Assembly: GCA_035621895.1 (NCBI GenBank)
Contig: DASPWJ010000011.1
Location: 1,210 to 65,209, forward strand
From: Burkholderiaceae bacterium
Lineage (GTDB): Bacteria; Pseudomonadota; Gammaproteobacteria; Burkholderiales; Burkholderiaceae_F
DNA length: 64,000 nt
Direction of reading: 5' to 3'
Made by a program: the position numbers and the translations under genes
Part shown: piece by piece, positions 45,364 through 58,637 of the stretch
Layout: every line of letters starts with the position of its first letter
Numbering within the stretch: position 1 is the stretch's first letter
The notes under the pieces: generated by a model
Told to the model about the DNA's origin: nothing
What the model saw: only the letters and a program-made list of their open reading frames with translations
The model's database searches: none

Positions 45364-46146
45364 GTGAGCGAGTTCGTCACAAGCCTGGGCCATTGGGCGC
45401 TGGCGACACTGGCCACGCTGGGACACGCCACCGCGTTTTTCGTTGATCTTGTGCGTAACAGCCCTCAGAGCCTGCGCAGGCCTTACCTGACTACGGCGCA
45501 GGTGCACGCGATCGGCAATCGATCGCTCATCATCATCGCCGCTTCAGGCGGCACGGTTGGGCTGGTGCTGGCCTTGCAGGGGTACATCACCTTGAGCCGT
45601 TACGGTGCGGCCGAGTCGCTCGGGCTGCTGGTGGCCCTGGCGCTGGTGCGCGAAATGGGACCCGTGATCACCGCCTTGTTGTACGCGGGTCGAGCGGGCA
45701 CTTCGCTGACGGCAGAGATCGGCCTGATGAAAGCCGGTGAGCAGCTCGCGGCGATGGAGATGATGGCCGTCGACCCACGCGTGCGCGTTCTGGCGCCGCG
45801 CTTTGTTGCCGGAATCATCTCGATGCCGCTGCTCGGAGCGATTTTTTCGGCCGTTGGGGTGATTGCCGCGTACGTGGTTGGCGTCCTGATGATCGGTATC
45901 GATTCGGGCGCGTTTTGGTCGCAGATGCAAGATGGGGTGGACGTGTTCAAGGATCTCGGTAATGGCGTGGTCAAGACCATCGTATTCGGGGTTGCAACGA
46001 CGTTTATCGCGCTGTACATCGGTTACGAATCCGAGGCGACGCCGGAGGGGGTAGCTCAGGCGACGACCCAAACCGTGGTCGTGTCGTCCCTTTCCGTTTT
46101 GTCGCTGGACTTCGTTTTGACGGCGCTCATGTTCAGCACGCCCTAA
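45364..46146 (+). CDS. mlaE: Mla ABC transporter permease MlaE
   Basis: 260 aa from the GTG at 45364, 2 nt after the mlaF stop. The track start at 45163 lies inside mlaF. Typical MlaE TM pattern with the REMGPVITALLYAGRAG motif. Confidence 0.9.
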   Translation: MSEFVTSLGHWALATLATLGHATAFFVDLVRNSPQSLRRPYLTTAQVHAIGNRSLIIIAASGGTVGLVLALQGYITLSRYGAAESLGLLVALALVREMGPVITALLYAGRAGTSLTAEIGLMKAGEQLAAMEMMAVDPRVRVLAPRFVAGIISMPLLGAIFSAVGVIAAYVVGVLMIGIDSGAFWSQMQDGVDVFKDLGNGVVKTIVFGVATTFIALYIGYESEATPEGVAQATTQTVVVSSLSVLSLDFVLTALMFSTP

Positions 46147-46178
46147 AACTGCGCAGGCATTCGGCGAAGGCACAAGCT

Positions 46179-46664
46179 ATGTCAAAAAAGCAGATCGAGA
46201 CCCTGGTTGGACTGTTTGTTTTATTGGGGATGCTGGCCATCGTTTTACTTGCTCTTAAGGCCGCGAACCTCGCCAGTTTCTCCTTTAACACTACGTACCC
46301 ACTTTTGGCGCGCTTTGACAATGTTGGCGGCCTGAAAGTCAATGCGCCTGTCAAAAGCGCCGGCGTGAAAGTCGGGCGCGTTGCCTCGATCACGTTTGAT
46401 AGCAAGAACTTCCAAGGTCTGGTCACCATGGACATCGAACGCGAGTACCAATTCCCGACCGATAGCTCGGCCAAGATCCTCACTGCCGGGCTGCTGGGCG
46501 ACCAGTATGTGGGCTTAGAGCCGGGCGCGGACGATAAGAATCTGCAGCCCGGTGACACGATCAAGATGGTGCAGTCGGCAGTCGTACTGGAAAACTTGAT
46601 CGGCCAGTTCCTGTACAACAAGGCAGCCGAGCCACCGAGCAAGGAAGGGTCAGGCCAAAAGTGA
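46179..46664 (+). CDS. mlaD: Mla MCE-domain substrate-binding protein MlaD
   Basis: N-terminal TM anchor plus an MCE domain (ARFDNVGGLKVNAPVKSAGVKVGRV). Confidence 0.9.
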   Translation: MSKKQIETLVGLFVLLGMLAIVLLALKAANLASFSFNTTYPLLARFDNVGGLKVNAPVKSAGVKVGRVASITFDSKNFQGLVTMDIEREYQFPTDSSAKILTAGLLGDQYVGLEPGADDKNLQPGDTIKMVQSAVVLENLIGQFLYNKAAEPPSKEGSGQK

Positions 46665-47518
46665 ACGCCAGCGCAATCGGCCTCAAATGGCTGTGCGGTT
46701 GTGCGATCGTTGCGTTGCTTGGGGCTTGCGCCAGTGTGCCGCCGGACGCGGGTAAAAATCCCATCGATCCATTTGAGCGGGTCAATCGGCAGGTTTTTTC
46801 GTTCAACGATCATTTTGATCGGGCCCTCGTCAAGCCCGCTGCCAAGGGTTACACCACGGTGATTCCCAAACCCGTGCGCGCGTGCTTCGCCAATTTTTTT
46901 GACAACCTCTTTGAACTTACCAGCATGATCAATTCAACGCTGCAGGGCAAACCCAAGGCAGCCGGCGTCAACGCGGGCCGCTTCCTGATGAACTCGACAG
47001 TCGGAGTCTTGGGCTGCTTTGACGTCGCGACGCACGTTGGCTTGGAGCACAATAAACAGTACTTCGCACTGACAATGGGCCACTGGGGAATCGGCGCTGG
47101 ACCTTACCTCGTGCTGCCCTTCCTGGGACCGAGCAGCGTACGCGATGCTTTTGGCGAAATACCGGATTACTTCACGGATCCGATGTCCTACATCACTCCG
47201 GTCAAGGAGTACTATCTCGCCTATTCGGTGCGTTTCGTCGACAAACGCGCGCAGCTGCTGGAGGCGACCAACCTCGTTGAGGAGGCGGCGCTTGATCCCT
47301 ACCAGTTCGTGCGCGACGCATATTTGCAGCGGACTCGCAGCCGAATCAGCGGCGATAGTGCTCCGCCACCGCCGGAAGAGGAAGATCCGGATAACCCTTC
47401 GAGCGGTGCACCTGCCCGCAACGCTCCTGCGGGCTCGGCGCCGATGCCGTCTTCGGAATCCCTACCGCCGGCTGGAAAGCCACCAGAGGATGTGCCCGCG
47501 ACGGACTCGGCGCACTGA
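46661..47518 (+). CDS. mlaA: Outer-membrane lipoprotein MlaA (VacJ) with a Pro-rich C-terminal tail
   Basis: Lipobox LLGAC and VacJ motif DPFERVNRQVFSFND. GTGA overlap with mlaD. Confidence 0.9.
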   Translation: MNASAIGLKWLCGCAIVALLGACASVPPDAGKNPIDPFERVNRQVFSFNDHFDRALVKPAAKGYTTVIPKPVRACFANFFDNLFELTSMINSTLQGKPKAAGVNAGRFLMNSTVGVLGCFDVATHVGLEHNKQYFALTMGHWGIGAGPYLVLPFLGPSSVRDAFGEIPDYFTDPMSYITPVKEYYLAYSVRFVDKRAQLLEATNLVEEAALDPYQFVRDAYLQRTRSRISGDSAPPPPEEEDPDNPSSGAPARNAPAGSAPMPSSESLPPAGKPPEDVPATDSAH

Positions 47519-47543
47519 CGAATCGACATAGGAGGATCAGGCT

Positions 47544-48230
47544 ATGAGCAACTTGCCTACCGCGGTCGGCGGATCATTGGTCTTTGCAGCGGTGGCACGA
47601 CTGAATTTGCTGATTACGGCGGTGCTGGTCCTTGTGTTTTGGATGCCGTTAAGCGATGCGCTCGCCGCCGACGAGGAGAGGCCGGACGCAATGATCTTGC
47701 GCGTATCGGCGGACGTGCTCGATGCGATTCGAAATGACAAAGCGGTCCGCGCTGGTGATTTTGACCGGGTGCAGAAGCTGGTCAACGAACGGATCCTTCC
47801 CTATGTGGATTTTGACAAGATGACAAGGCTGGCGGTCGGGCGCTCCTGGCGCGGCGCGAGCTCTGAGCAGCGTGGCGAGCTCATCGATCAGTTTCGCACG
47901 CTGCTGCTGCGCACCTACAGCGGTGCCCTATCCAAGGTGACAGACCACAAAGTGCGATTGCGTCCGGCACGTGGGCAAGACTCCCCCAACGATGTGATCG
48001 TGCGCACGGAAGTTGTGCCCTCGCAAGGCGAGCCCATCACACTGGACTATCGCCTCGAAAAGACGCCCGAGGGCTGGAAGATCTACGATATGAACATTCT
48101 GGGCGTCTGGCTGGTGGAGACCTACAAAAGCGAATTCGCGGAGTCGATCAGCCAGGGCGGAGTCGATGCGCTAATCAAGGCGCTGACCGAGAAAAACCGC
48201 CGACTCGCTAGCGCCTCTAAGGCGACCTGA
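47544..48230 (+). CDS. mlaC: Periplasmic phospholipid-binding protein MlaC (Ttg2D family)
   Basis: Signal peptide and a Ttg2D/MlaC-like sequence (ILPYVDFDKMTRLAVGRSWR). Confidence 0.88.
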   Translation: MSNLPTAVGGSLVFAAVARLNLLITAVLVLVFWMPLSDALAADEERPDAMILRVSADVLDAIRNDKAVRAGDFDRVQKLVNERILPYVDFDKMTRLAVGRSWRGASSEQRGELIDQFRTLLLRTYSGALSKVTDHKVRLRPARGQDSPNDVIVRTEVVPSQGEPITLDYRLEKTPEGWKIYDMNILGVWLVETYKSEFAESISQGGVDALIKALTEKNRRLASASKAT

Positions 48231-48240
48231 GAAACGCGCG

Positions 48241-48501
48241 ATGAAAATCCCCACCGATACCATTTCGAACCAAAACGCGATGCAGGTCGTTGAAGCGGGG
48301 CAAAGCGCGATCCTCGCCGGCGACTGCGTGATCGACTTCTCCGGCGTGCTTCGATGTGATACTGCGGCGGTGGCGTGCGTCCTGGCTTGGATGCGTACGG
48401 CGCACGCAAATGGCAGAAAGCTGGAGCTGATCGCCGTCCCCAAGGAGCTGCAGAGCTTGGCAACGCTCTACGGGGTACATGCACTGATCAACCGCGCGTA
48501 A
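48241..48501 (+). CDS. mlaB: STAS-domain protein MlaB
   Basis: 86-aa STAS-like protein at the conserved position after mlaC. Confidence 0.75.
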   Translation: MKIPTDTISNQNAMQVVEAGQSAILAGDCVIDFSGVLRCDTAAVACVLAWMRTAHANGRKLELIAVPKELQSLATLYGVHALINRA

Positions 48502-48567
48502 GGCCGGGCGGCGGTCGGGCTGCCCTACAATGATGATGTCGTTTCGGCCGGGCTCGATCCGGCCCGC

Positions 48568-49494
48568 GTGTATCCCATGTCCATCGCCGCAATCGAAGTT
48601 AGCGCCCTGACCAAGCGCTATGCGCAGGTCACCGCGCTCGACGCCGTCGACCTGTCGATCAACCAGGGCGAGTGCTTCGGTCTGCTCGGACCCAACGGGG
48701 CTGGCAAGACCACACTGATTTCGATCGTCGCGGGGCTGGCGCGCGCAACAAGCGGCCGAGTCCGGGTTATGGGCCACGATGTGGTCGACGAGTACCGGTG
48801 GGCGCGCCGCAGTCTTGGGGTTGTCCCTCAGGAACTGGTATTCGACCCGTTTTTTACGGTACGCGAAATGTTGCGTATCCAGTCAGGATACTTCGGTCTT
48901 GCCCGCAACGAGGCCTGGATCGAGGAGATCATGGAAAACCTCGATCTTGCCGACAAGGCCGAGGTCAACATGCGGGCGCTATCCGGCGGCATGAAAAGGC
49001 GTGTGCTGGTGGCGCAAGCACTCGTACACCGACCCCCGGTTATCGTCCTCGATGAACCAACGGCCGGTGTCGATGTGGAACTGCGCCAAGGCCTTTGGCA
49101 GTTCATGCGTCGCCTCAACCGTGATGGTCACACGATTGTGCTGACAACGCATTACTTGGAAGAGGCCCAACAGATGTGTGGCCGCATCGCAATGCTAAAG
49201 AGCGGTCGCATTCTCGCGCTGGAGCCTACACGCGAGTTGTTGCGGCGAATCTCCGGCATACTGGTTGCCCTTCGCCTGCGCGGTGGCTTGCCGCCCGCGC
49301 TGCGCGACCAGGTCATTGCGGAGAATCCCGAGCACGTCGTGCTGCGTCTGCCACATCCGCGCGAGGTTGGAGCCGCATTGGAGGCATGCCGCAGTTTCGG
49401 TAGCGAGGTGGAGGAGCTCGAGGTCGGCCCCGCGGATTTGGAGGACGTCTTCTTGCAACTGATGTCGGAGCCTTCCGAGCGGAGCCTGCCGTGA
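48568..49494 (+). CDS. ABC-2 type transporter ATP-binding protein (YadG-like)
   Basis: Walker A GPNGAGKTT, signature LSGGMKRRVLVAQAL and Walker B VIVLDEPT. Confidence 0.88.
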   Translation: MYPMSIAAIEVSALTKRYAQVTALDAVDLSINQGECFGLLGPNGAGKTTLISIVAGLARATSGRVRVMGHDVVDEYRWARRSLGVVPQELVFDPFFTVREMLRIQSGYFGLARNEAWIEEIMENLDLADKAEVNMRALSGGMKRRVLVAQALVHRPPVIVLDEPTAGVDVELRQGLWQFMRRLNRDGHTIVLTTHYLEEAQQMCGRIAMLKSGRILALEPTRELLRRISGILVALRLRGGLPPALRDQVIAENPEHVVLRLPHPREVGAALEACRSFGSEVEELEVGPADLEDVFLQLMSEPSERSLP

Positions 49495-50302
49495 ACCCGC
49501 CGATGCCGATGACCGCGCTTGCGGTACCGACGGCTGGCGCGGCGAGCTCCTGGGTTGGGTTTCGCACCCTGCTGTACAAAGAGAGTCTGCGCTTTTGGAA
49601 GGTGAGCTTTCAGACGATCGTCGCGCCGGTTCTCACGGGTGTTCTGTACTTGCTAGTCTTTGGTCATATGCTCGATACCCGGGTTGAGCCGTTCGCAGGC
49701 GTGCACTACAGCTCGTTTCTGGTTCCCGGCTTGGTGATGATGTCGATACTGCAAAACGCGTTTGCCAATTCCTCCTCGTCCCTGATTCAGTCCAAGATCA
49801 TGGGCAACCTCGTGTTTTTGCTCTTGCCGCCACTGTCGGCCTTGCAGTTTTTTGGCGCCTACGTGCTGGCCTCGGTCCTGCGCGGCCTGGCGGTTGGCGT
49901 AGGCGTTTTTGCCGTTACCGTGTGGCTCGCGCCGGCCGGCTTTGAGGCTCCCTGGTGGATTCCGGTTTTCGCGCTGATCGGGGCGGCGATGCTGGCCGTC
50001 GTGGGGTTGATCGCCGGCATTGTCTCGGAGAAGTTCGATCAGCTGGCGGCATTTCAGAATTTTCTTATCCTTCCAGCGACTTTTTTGTCCGGCGTGTTTT
50101 ATTCGGTCCACGGACTGCCGCCTTTTTGGCAGGTATTCTCCCGGGTCAACCCGTTTTTTTACATCATTGATGGATTCCGGTACGGGTTTTTCGCCCGGTC
50201 GGACGTGTCGCCCTGGCTCAGCTTGCTGGTAGTCGGGCTGTCATTTTTCGCGGTTTCCGCCATCGCCGTGACCATGCTGCACCGGGGTTATAAGTTGCGA
50301 AC

Positions 50303-50306
<4 letters not shown>
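49491..50306 (+). CDS. ABC-2 type transporter permease (YadH-like)
   Basis: Six-TM ABC-2 permease. GTGA overlap with the ATPase gene. Confidence 0.87.
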
Positions 50307-51839
<1,533 letters not shown>

Positions 51840-51849
51840 GAGTTCGACG

Positions 51850-52488
51850 GTGATTACGCTGGCATTGCCCAAGGGCCGCATCTTCGAGGAGGCGCTGCCG
51901 CTGCTAGCACGTGCGGGCATCGTGCCCGAGGAGTCGCCCACGCAAACGCGAAAACTTCTCATCGGCACGAGCGTCGCGGATTTGCGTATCGTCGTGGTGC
52001 GCGCCTCCGATGTGCCGACCTACGTACAGTACGGGGCCGCAGAACTGGGCATCGCAGGGGCTGACATCTTGTTGGAACACGGCGGCGACGGTCTTTATCA
52101 GCCGGTCGATCTGTCGATTGGTCACTGCCGCCTGTGCGTAGCCGCGCCCTCTGGCTTTGATTACGCCGGCGCCGTCGGGCGCGGTGCGCGGCTGCGTGTG
52201 GCCACCAAGTACGTGCAGGCAGCGCGCGAGTTCTTCGCGCGCAAGGGAGTGCACGTTGATCTGATCAAGCTGTACGGTTCGATGGAACTTGCGCCGCTTG
52301 CTGGGCTTGCTGACGCGATCGTCGATCTGGTGTCCAGCGGGGCGACGCTGCGCGCCAACAATCTTGTGGAGGTCGAGCAGATCGCGCCAATCAGCTCGCG
52401 GCTGGTCGTCAATCAGGCGGCCTACAAGACCCAGCGCACGCGGCTCGCAGCACTGATTGGCGCTCTTGCGAAGGCGGTCGTGCAATGA
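51850..52488 (+). CDS. hisG: ATP phosphoribosyltransferase catalytic subunit, short form
   Basis: [20 protein letters not shown]-terminus from the GTG at 51850, giving 212 aa. The track start at 51751 lies inside murA. Confidence 0.92.
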   Translation: MITLALPKGRIFEEALPLLARAGIVPEESPTQTRKLLIGTSVADLRIVVVRASDVPTYVQYGAAELGIAGADILLEHGGDGLYQPVDLSIGHCRLCVAAPSGFDYAGAVGRGARLRVATKYVQAAREFFARKGVHVDLIKLYGSMELAPLAGLADAIVDLVSSGATLRANNLVEVEQIAPISSRLVVNQAAYKTQRTRLAALIGALAKAVVQ

Positions 52489-53810
52489 TGATCCAGCTGC
52501 TTGATGCCAGCGCTGCGGATTTTGACCAGGCGCTGACGCAATTAATCGCTACCGATACGGCGCCAGATCGCGAAATCGAGGCTCGCGTCGACGAAATCAT
52601 TGAAGCCGTTCGTCATCGAGGAGATGACGCGCTGCTCGATTACACGCGGCGGTTTGATCGAATGCACGCGGCCGCGGTCAGCGAACTGGAGATCCCCGCG
52701 GAACAAATGCGATCTGCGCTGGCGGCGCTAGGAGCCGATGACCGCCGGGCGCTGCAGGAGGCGGCCGAGCGGATCCGACGCTTTCATGAGCAAGCCCGTG
52801 CGCACGATTGGCAAGTGCAGGAGCCCGACGGTACGACGCTTGGAATTCGCGTGACGCCACTGGACCGCGTCGGCATTTACGTTCCGGGCGGCAAGGCCTC
52901 GTACCCTTCTTCGGTGCTGATGAACGCCGTTCCTGCGCGGGTGGCTGGGGTGGGGCAGATCATCATGGTGGCGCCAGCTCCCGATGGCGTGCGCAATCCA
53001 CTGGTGCTGGCCGCCGGGGCGCTGGCCGGAGTCGATCGGGCGTTTGCGATCGGCGGCGCGCAGGCGGTGGCCGCGCTGGCCTACGGCACCCAAACGGTTC
53101 CTGCGGTCGACAAAATCGTTGGACCCGGCAACGCCTACGTCGCGGCCGCCAAGCGGCGGGTTTTTGGCACGGTGGGCATCGACATGCTCGCGGGGCCAAG
53201 CGAGATTCTGATCATCTGCGACGGAACCACCGATCCGCAATGGATCGCGATGGACTTGTTCTCGCAAGCCGAGCACGACGAAATGGCGCAGGCCATCTTG
53301 CTGACGCCCGATCGGAGCTTTCGCGATGCCGTGCTCGCGGCAATCGGCAGCTTGCTGCCTACGATGCCGCGTCGCTCAATCATTGAAACGTCGTTGCGCA
53401 AGCGCGGTGCTTTAATCCTGGTGCGCGATTTGGAGCAGGCGTGCGAGATTGCCAACCGGATCGCGCCCGAGCACCTAGAGATTTCGACTGTGGCTGCACG
53501 CAACTGGCTTGACCGTATCCGCCACGCGGGTGCGATCTTTCTCGGGCCGTATTCGAGCGAAGCACTGGGTGATTACTGCGCTGGCCCCAATCACGTCTTG
53601 CCAACCTCGCGCACCGCGCGATTTTCTTCCGCGCTTGGCGTAGCGGATTTTCAAAAGCGCAGCAGTGTTCTTGAAATCTCTCGTGCTGGGGCCCAAGTGC
53701 TGGGTCTTACCGCCGCGCACCTTGCGCAAGCCGAGGGGCTCGGTGCGCACGCGCGCAGCGCCCAGTTTCGAATGGACGCGCCGCCGCCCGGCTCGCGAGG
53801 CGGCAGGTGA
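52485..53810 (+). CDS. hisD: Histidinol dehydrogenase
   Basis: 441 aa, HisD-like (QAEHDE, IAPEHLE motifs). ATGA overlap with hisG. Confidence 0.95.
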   Translation: MMIQLLDASAADFDQALTQLIATDTAPDREIEARVDEIIEAVRHRGDDALLDYTRRFDRMHAAAVSELEIPAEQMRSALAALGADDRRALQEAAERIRRFHEQARAHDWQVQEPDGTTLGIRVTPLDRVGIYVPGGKASYPSSVLMNAVPARVAGVGQIIMVAPAPDGVRNPLVLAAGALAGVDRAFAIGGAQAVAALAYGTQTVPAVDKIVGPGNAYVAAAKRRVFGTVGIDMLAGPSEILIICDGTTDPQWIAMDLFSQAEHDEMAQAILLTPDRSFRDAVLAAIGSLLPTMPRRSIIETSLRKRGALILVRDLEQACEIANRIAPEHLEISTVAARNWLDRIRHAGAIFLGPYSSEALGDYCAGPNHVLPTSRTARFSSALGVADFQKRSSVLEISRAGAQVLGLTAAHLAQAEGLGAHARSAQFRMDAPPPGSRGGR

Positions 53811-54883
53811 GTGATCCGGCGGCCGCGCCGCTATCGGTAGTGCGCGACGACGTTCGCATGCTCACGGCGTATCCGGTGCCCTCCGCCGAGGGACTGGTCA
53901 AGCTCGACATGATGGAAAACCCATACGGATTGCCCAAGGAGCTTGCACTCGATTTAGGGCAGCGCCTGGGCAAGGTCGCGCTAAACCGTTATCCACCGGG
54001 CGAACCGCGCGCTTTTAAGCAACGCCTGCGGGCGCGCGTAGCCGTTCCCGAGGGCAGTGCAGTGCTGCTGGGAAACGGTTCTGACGAGTTGATTCATCTT
54101 GTCATTCAATCTTGTGCGCGCTCCGGTGCGGTGGTGCTCTCGCCCTGGCCAAGCTTCGCGATGTATCGAATCAGCGCCGGATTGGATCGATGCGGCTTCG
54201 TTGATGTAAGTTTGCAACCGGATTTCGCGATGGATTTGCCCGCAATGATGGCCGCGATCCGCCGGCACCGTCCGTCGGTGATCTTTCTGTCGTATCCGAA
54301 CAATCCCACGGGCAACTTGTTCGATCGCACTGCGATCGAGGCGATCATGCTCGAAGCGCCGGGAATCGTGGTAATTGACGAAGCCTATCTGCCGTTTGCG
54401 CAGCAGACGTGGATGCCCGAGTTGCCAGCACGCCCCAACTTGCTCGTGCTGCGCACGTTCTCCAAGTTGGGCCTGGCCGGCTTGCGTCTGGGGTATCTGT
54501 GCGGGCTCCCAGCCCTAATCGAGCAGTTCGACAAGGTGCGGCCGCCTTTTAACGTCAACGTCCTGACGCTGGCGGCTGCGGATTTTTTGCTCGATCACTT
54601 CGCTGTACTGGACGAACAGGCGGCCCGCGTGCGGGCCGATCGCCAACAGTTGCTCGCACGCATGCGGTCTTTGGCGGGCATACAGGTCTTCGATTCGGCT
54701 GCTAACTTCTTGCTTTTCCGCGTTGCCGATGCCTCCGATGTTTTCGCGAAACTGCTGCAGAAGGGTATTCTCATCAAAGACGTGTCGGGCGCGCATCCGC
54801 TGCTGCAAAACTGCCTGCGTGTCACAATTGGGACCGCGGAGGAAAACGCCCGATTTTTCGAGGCCCTTCGGGCCAGCATCTGA
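53807..54883 (+). CDS. hisC: Histidinol-phosphate aminotransferase
   Basis: Class II aminotransferase with the PLP lysine in [18 protein letters not shown] overlap with hisD. Confidence 0.93.
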   Translation: MSDPAAAPLSVVRDDVRMLTAYPVPSAEGLVKLDMMENPYGLPKELALDLGQRLGKVALNRYPPGEPRAFKQRLRARVAVPEGSAVLLGNGSDELIHLVIQSCARSGAVVLSPWPSFAMYRISAGLDRCGFVDVSLQPDFAMDLPAMMAAIRRHRPSVIFLSYPNNPTGNLFDRTAIEAIMLEAPGIVVIDEAYLPFAQQTWMPELPARPNLLVLRTFSKLGLAGLRLGYLCGLPALIEQFDKVRPPFNVNVLTLAAADFLLDHFAVLDEQAARVRADRQQLLARMRSLAGIQVFDSAANFLLFRVADASDVFAKLLQKGILIKDVSGAHPLLQNCLRVTIGTAEENARFFEALRASI

Positions 54884-55488
54884 TGGAATCAGCAATGCCG
54901 CAACGCAACGCGCAAATCGCACGAGATACGAAAGAGACCAAGATCCGCGTGACGGTTGACCTAGACGGAACCGGGGCGTGCAAGGTATCGACCGGGATCG
55001 GGTTTCTCGACCACATGTTGGAGCAAATTGCGCGCCACGGTGCGCTGGACTTGACGATCGAAGCAATTGGCGATTTGCACATTGACGGCCACCATACGGT
55101 AGAGGACGTCGGCATCACTTTGGGCCGCGCGGTCTATAGTGCCGCGGGCGATAAGCAGGGCATCCGTCGCTTCGGGCACGCTTTCGTGCCCCTGGATGAG
55201 GCGCTAACTCGGGTGGTGGTCGATTTTTCCGGCCGGCCTGGTTTGTTCTGGAACGTGGATTTCGCGCGTTCCACAATCGGGGGGTTCGATCTGGAACTGG
55301 TCCACGAATTTTTCCAGGGGTTTGTGAACCATGCGCAGGTGACGCTGCACATCGATAATTTGCGCGGCAATAACGCGCACCATCAGTGCGAAACGATCTT
55401 TAAGGCGTTTGCGCGGGCGCTGCGCGATGCCCTGGAGATGGATCCGCGCGCCACTGGCATGGTGCCCAGCACCAAGGGAGCACTTTAG
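54883..55488 (+). CDS. hisB: Imidazoleglycerol-phosphate dehydratase
   Basis: [19 protein letters not shown] and HHTVED motifs. The start could be 54883 or 54895. Confidence 0.94.
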   Translation: MESAMPQRNAQIARDTKETKIRVTVDLDGTGACKVSTGIGFLDHMLEQIARHGALDLTIEAIGDLHIDGHHTVEDVGITLGRAVYSAAGDKQGIRRFGHAFVPLDEALTRVVVDFSGRPGLFWNVDFARSTIGGFDLELVHEFFQGFVNHAQVTLHIDNLRGNNAHHQCETIFKAFARALRDALEMDPRATGMVPSTKGAL

Positions 55489-55509
55489 CCTAGCCGCGTT
55501 GCTGCGTGC

Positions 55510-56178
55510 GTGCTCGGCAGTGGCATAGGAAGGTTTCCCGAGGTTGATTTCTTGATTGCGATTGCTGATTTCGGAATGGGCAACTTGCGCTCGGTGCAAC
55601 AGGCGCTTGCCCGTGTCGCTCCCCAGGTTCTTACGCGCATAACGTCGGACCCAGAAGTGATCGATGCCGCCGAGCGCGTTGTGCTGCCCGGGCAAGGAGC
55701 GATGCCCGATTGCATGCACAACCTGGCGGCTTCGGGACTTGAGCCGGCCTTGCGGCGCGCGGCAGCAACTCGACCGGTATTGGCTGTGTGCATCGGCGAA
55801 CAAATGCTCTTTGACCGCTCGCAAGAAGGCAACGCCCCTGGCTTAGGACTCATCCCGGGGCAAGTCGTACGGTTCCCTGAGTCGGTGGACGAGCAAGGGC
55901 GGCGACGCAAGATTCCGCACATGGGTTGGAACCGGGTCCGGCAGACCCAGCCCCATCCCTTATGGCAGGGCGTAGCAGATGAGAGCTACTTTTACTTCGT
56001 TCACAGCTACTATGTTGAACCGGCACAGCGAAGCGTCATTGCGGGTCAAACGGAGTACGGTGGCATCTTTACCTGCGCGGTTGCCCAAGATAATATTTTC
56101 GCTGTCCAATTCCATCCCGAGAAAAGCGCCGCCGCTGGCCTGAGACTCTACGCCAACTTCGTATGTTGGAAACCCTGA
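55510..56178 (+). CDS. hisH: Imidazole glycerol phosphate synthase, glutaminase subunit
   Basis: [14 protein letters not shown], catalytic Cys in [10 protein letters not shown], and VQFHPEKS. The start is ambiguous: GTG at 55510 or TTG at 55552. Confidence 0.92.
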   Translation: MLGSGIGRFPEVDFLIAIADFGMGNLRSVQQALARVAPQVLTRITSDPEVIDAAERVVLPGQGAMPDCMHNLAASGLEPALRRAAATRPVLAVCIGEQMLFDRSQEGNAPGLGLIPGQVVRFPESVDEQGRRRKIPHMGWNRVRQTQPHPLWQGVADESYFYFVHSYYVEPAQRSVIAGQTEYGGIFTCAVAQDNIFAVQFHPEKSAAAGLRLYANFVCWKP

Positions 56179-56235
56179 CGGGCACTTGCCTGGCCTGTGC
56201 CGGCCGGTCTGCTGTCCAAACCGATTAGCCCATTC

Positions 56236-56976
56236 ATGCTGCTGATTCCCGCAATTGATATCAAGGACGGGCGATGCGTTCGCTTGCGCCAAGGCGACAT
56301 GAGCGATGCGACGGTTTTTTCAGAGGATCCGGTCGCGATGGCGGGCAAGTGGGTGGAAATGGGGGCCCAACGGCTGCATATCGTCGACCTGAACGGGGCC
56401 CGCTCCGGCAAGCCGGTCAACGAAAGCGTCATTCGAAAGATCGCTCGTGCTGCCGGTCCGGACGTTGCGGTGCAGCTCGGCGGCGGCCTGCGCGACCTTG
56501 ATACGATCGAACGGTTCATCGACAACGGCATCTCCTACGTCGTTATCGGAACCGCCGCGGTAAAGAACCCCGGATTTCTGCACGACGCGTGCAGCGCGTT
56601 TGGCGGCCATGTCATCGTTGCCCTGGACGCACGCGATGGCAAAGTGGCCACGGATGGTTGGAGCAAACTGACCGGGCACGACGTGATCGATTTGGCGGTG
56701 AAATTCGAAGACTATGGGGTGGATGCGATCTTGTACACGGATATCGGCCGCGACGGCATGCTCAGCGGCGTGAATATCGAGGCAACCGTGGCACTGGCAC
56801 GCGCGGTGCGCATCCCGATTCTTGCCAGCGGCGGTATTGCCGACCTGAGCGACGTCGATCGGCTTTGCGCGATCGAGGGCGAGGGCGTCGAGGGAGCAAT
56901 ATTGGGACGCGCCCTGTACGAGGGAAAGCTCGATTTTAAGGCTGCCCTGGCGCGAGTGGCCGCGCTGGCGCAGTAG
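56236..56976 (+). CDS. hisA: ProFAR isomerase
   Basis: [18 protein letters not shown]-terminus. Start moved from 56197 to 56236. Confidence 0.94.
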   Translation: MLLIPAIDIKDGRCVRLRQGDMSDATVFSEDPVAMAGKWVEMGAQRLHIVDLNGARSGKPVNESVIRKIARAAGPDVAVQLGGGLRDLDTIERFIDNGISYVVIGTAAVKNPGFLHDACSAFGGHVIVALDARDGKVATDGWSKLTGHDVIDLAVKFEDYGVDAILYTDIGRDGMLSGVNIEATVALARAVRIPILASGGIADLSDVDRLCAIEGEGVEGAILGRALYEGKLDFKAALARVAALAQ

Positions 56977-57058
56977 TGAGGACCACAGGCACGGTCTTCC
57001 GACGCTGCGGATCGGGCGGTGCCCAACGCCGCGCCACCTTGCCATAGAGCCCTTATCG

Positions 57059-57832
57059 ATGCTCGCCAAGAGAATCATTCCCTGCCTGGACGTGACCGCA
57101 GGTCGAGTGGTCAAGGGAATCAACTTTCAGGGCCTGCGCGATGCCGGCGATCCGGTTGAGATTGCAGCGCGCTACGACGGCGAGGGCGCCGACGAGCTCA
57201 CCTTTCTCGATATCACCGCAAGTTCCGATCAGCGCGAGACGATTTTGGACGTCATTGAGGCCGTGGCACGGCAAACCTTCATTCCGCTGACTGTCGGCGG
57301 CGGAGTGCGCAAAGTCGAGGACGTGCGCCGCCTGCTTAACGCCGGAGCCGATAAGGTTTCCATCAATACCGCCGGCGTGCTCAATCCGCAGCTTTTTGCC
57401 CAGACCAGCAACCGCTTCGGCAATCAATGCATCGTGGCAGCAATCGACGCCCGGCGCCGTGACCATTCCGATCCGGCCCGCGGTTGGGAGGTCTATACGC
57501 ATGGTGGGCGCACCGCGACCGGGATCGATGCGGTCGCGTGGGCCCGTCGTGTCGTAGAGCTTGGCGCAGGAGAGATCCTGCTCACCAGTATGGACCGAGA
57601 CGGAACACGCCTGGGATTTGACATTGAGCTCACCGCGGCCGTCACGGACGCCGTGAGCGTCCCCGTCATCGCGTCGGGCGGCGTTGGAACGCTGCAGCAC
57701 CTAGCCGATGGCATTTTGCTCGGACATGCCGATGGTGTGCTTGCCGCTTCGATCTTTCACTATGGGGAGTACACCGTGCAAGCAGCCAAGCGCTATCTGG
57801 CCGATTGCGGCATTCCGATGAGGTTGTCGTGA
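57059..57832 (+). CDS. hisF: Imidazole glycerol phosphate synthase, cyclase subunit
   Basis: [13 protein letters not shown]-terminus, 257 aa. Confidence 0.96.
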   Translation: MLAKRIIPCLDVTAGRVVKGINFQGLRDAGDPVEIAARYDGEGADELTFLDITASSDQRETILDVIEAVARQTFIPLTVGGGVRKVEDVRRLLNAGADKVSINTAGVLNPQLFAQTSNRFGNQCIVAAIDARRRDHSDPARGWEVYTHGGRTATGIDAVAWARRVVELGAGEILLTSMDRDGTRLGFDIELTAAVTDAVSVPVIASGGVGTLQHLADGILLGHADGVLAASIFHYGEYTVQAAKRYLADCGIPMRLS

Positions 57833-58260
57833 ACGCCGCCTCAGACGCCCCCGCGGGCGGTGGCGACCTTGCCTGGCTCGACCAGGTCGTATTCGATGCC
57901 AACGGCCTAGTGCCGGTCATCGCCCAACAAATGAGTGACCGCCGGGTGCTCATGCTGGCATGGGCCGATCGCGCAGCCTTGGAGCAAACCCAGCGTTCGG
58001 GCCTTGCGACGTATTATTCGCGCTCGCGTGCGCGCCAATGGCGCAAGGGTGAAGAGTCAGGAAACACGCAGCGAGTGCGCGAAATCCGCATCGACTGCGA
58101 TGGCGATGCGGTGCTCTACGTGGTCGACCAGCAGGGCGGAGTTGCCTGCCACACCGGCCGCGTTAGCTGTTTTTACCGCCGCCTCGAAGACGGCGTATGG
58201 CAGCAGACCGATCCGGTGCTCATCGACCCCGAGAAAATGTACCGTAGGCCCAACTCATGA
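57829..58260 (+). CDS. hisI: Phosphoribosyl-AMP cyclohydrolase
   Basis: GLVPVIAQQ...[13 protein letters not shown]...DCDGDAVLY motifs. GTG at 57829 overlaps the hisF stop (GTGA). Confidence 0.92.
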   Translation: MNAASDAPAGGGDLAWLDQVVFDANGLVPVIAQQMSDRRVLMLAWADRAALEQTQRSGLATYYSRSRARQWRKGEESGNTQRVREIRIDCDGDAVLYVVDQQGGVACHTGRVSCFYRRLEDGVWQQTDPVLIDPEKMYRRPNS

Positions 58261-58637
58261 AGCCCAGCGATGCCACCTCTGTGCTGATCCGCCTAGCCGA
58301 CGTCATCGAATCACGACGCGGCGCTGACGCCGAGCGTTCGTACGTGGCGCGGCTACTGGCACAGGCGCCGGACTCGGTCCTGAAGAAGATCGGCGAAGAA
58401 GCGACCGAGACGGTCATGGCCGCCAAGGACGGCGATCGCGAACGCATCATTGCGGAGACTGCCGACCTGTGGTTTCACTGTCTCGTGATGCTTGTCCACT
58501 ATGGTCTGCGGCCCGAGCGGGTTTTGGCCGAGCTCGATCGGCGCGCCGGCGTCTCGGGTTTGGAGGAAAAAGCCCTGCGCAAGGCCCTGGGACGCGAACG
58601 CGGCAGCCCAGTGCCACCGGAGAAAGAAAATGGCTGA
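58257..58637 (+). CDS. hisE: Phosphoribosyl-ATP pyrophosphatase
   Basis: SYVARLL...KKIGEEATE...ETADLWFH motifs. ATGA overlap with hisI. Confidence 0.92.
   Translation: MKPSDATSVLIRLADVIESRRGADAERSYVARLLAQAPDSVLKKIGEEATETVMAAKDGDRERIIAETADLWFHCLVMLVHYGLRPERVLAELDRRAGVSGLEEKALRKALGRERGSPVPPEKENG

Noticed and set aside
48502-48567. TACAAT hexamer (around 48526) as a promoter for the ABC-2 pair
   Set aside because: There is no acceptable -35 at 16-18 bp spacing, so the evidence is too weak to call.
51840-51849. Search for a his leader peptide or attenuator upstream of hisG
   Set aside because: Only 10 bp separate murA and hisG. There is no run of His codons and no terminator structure.
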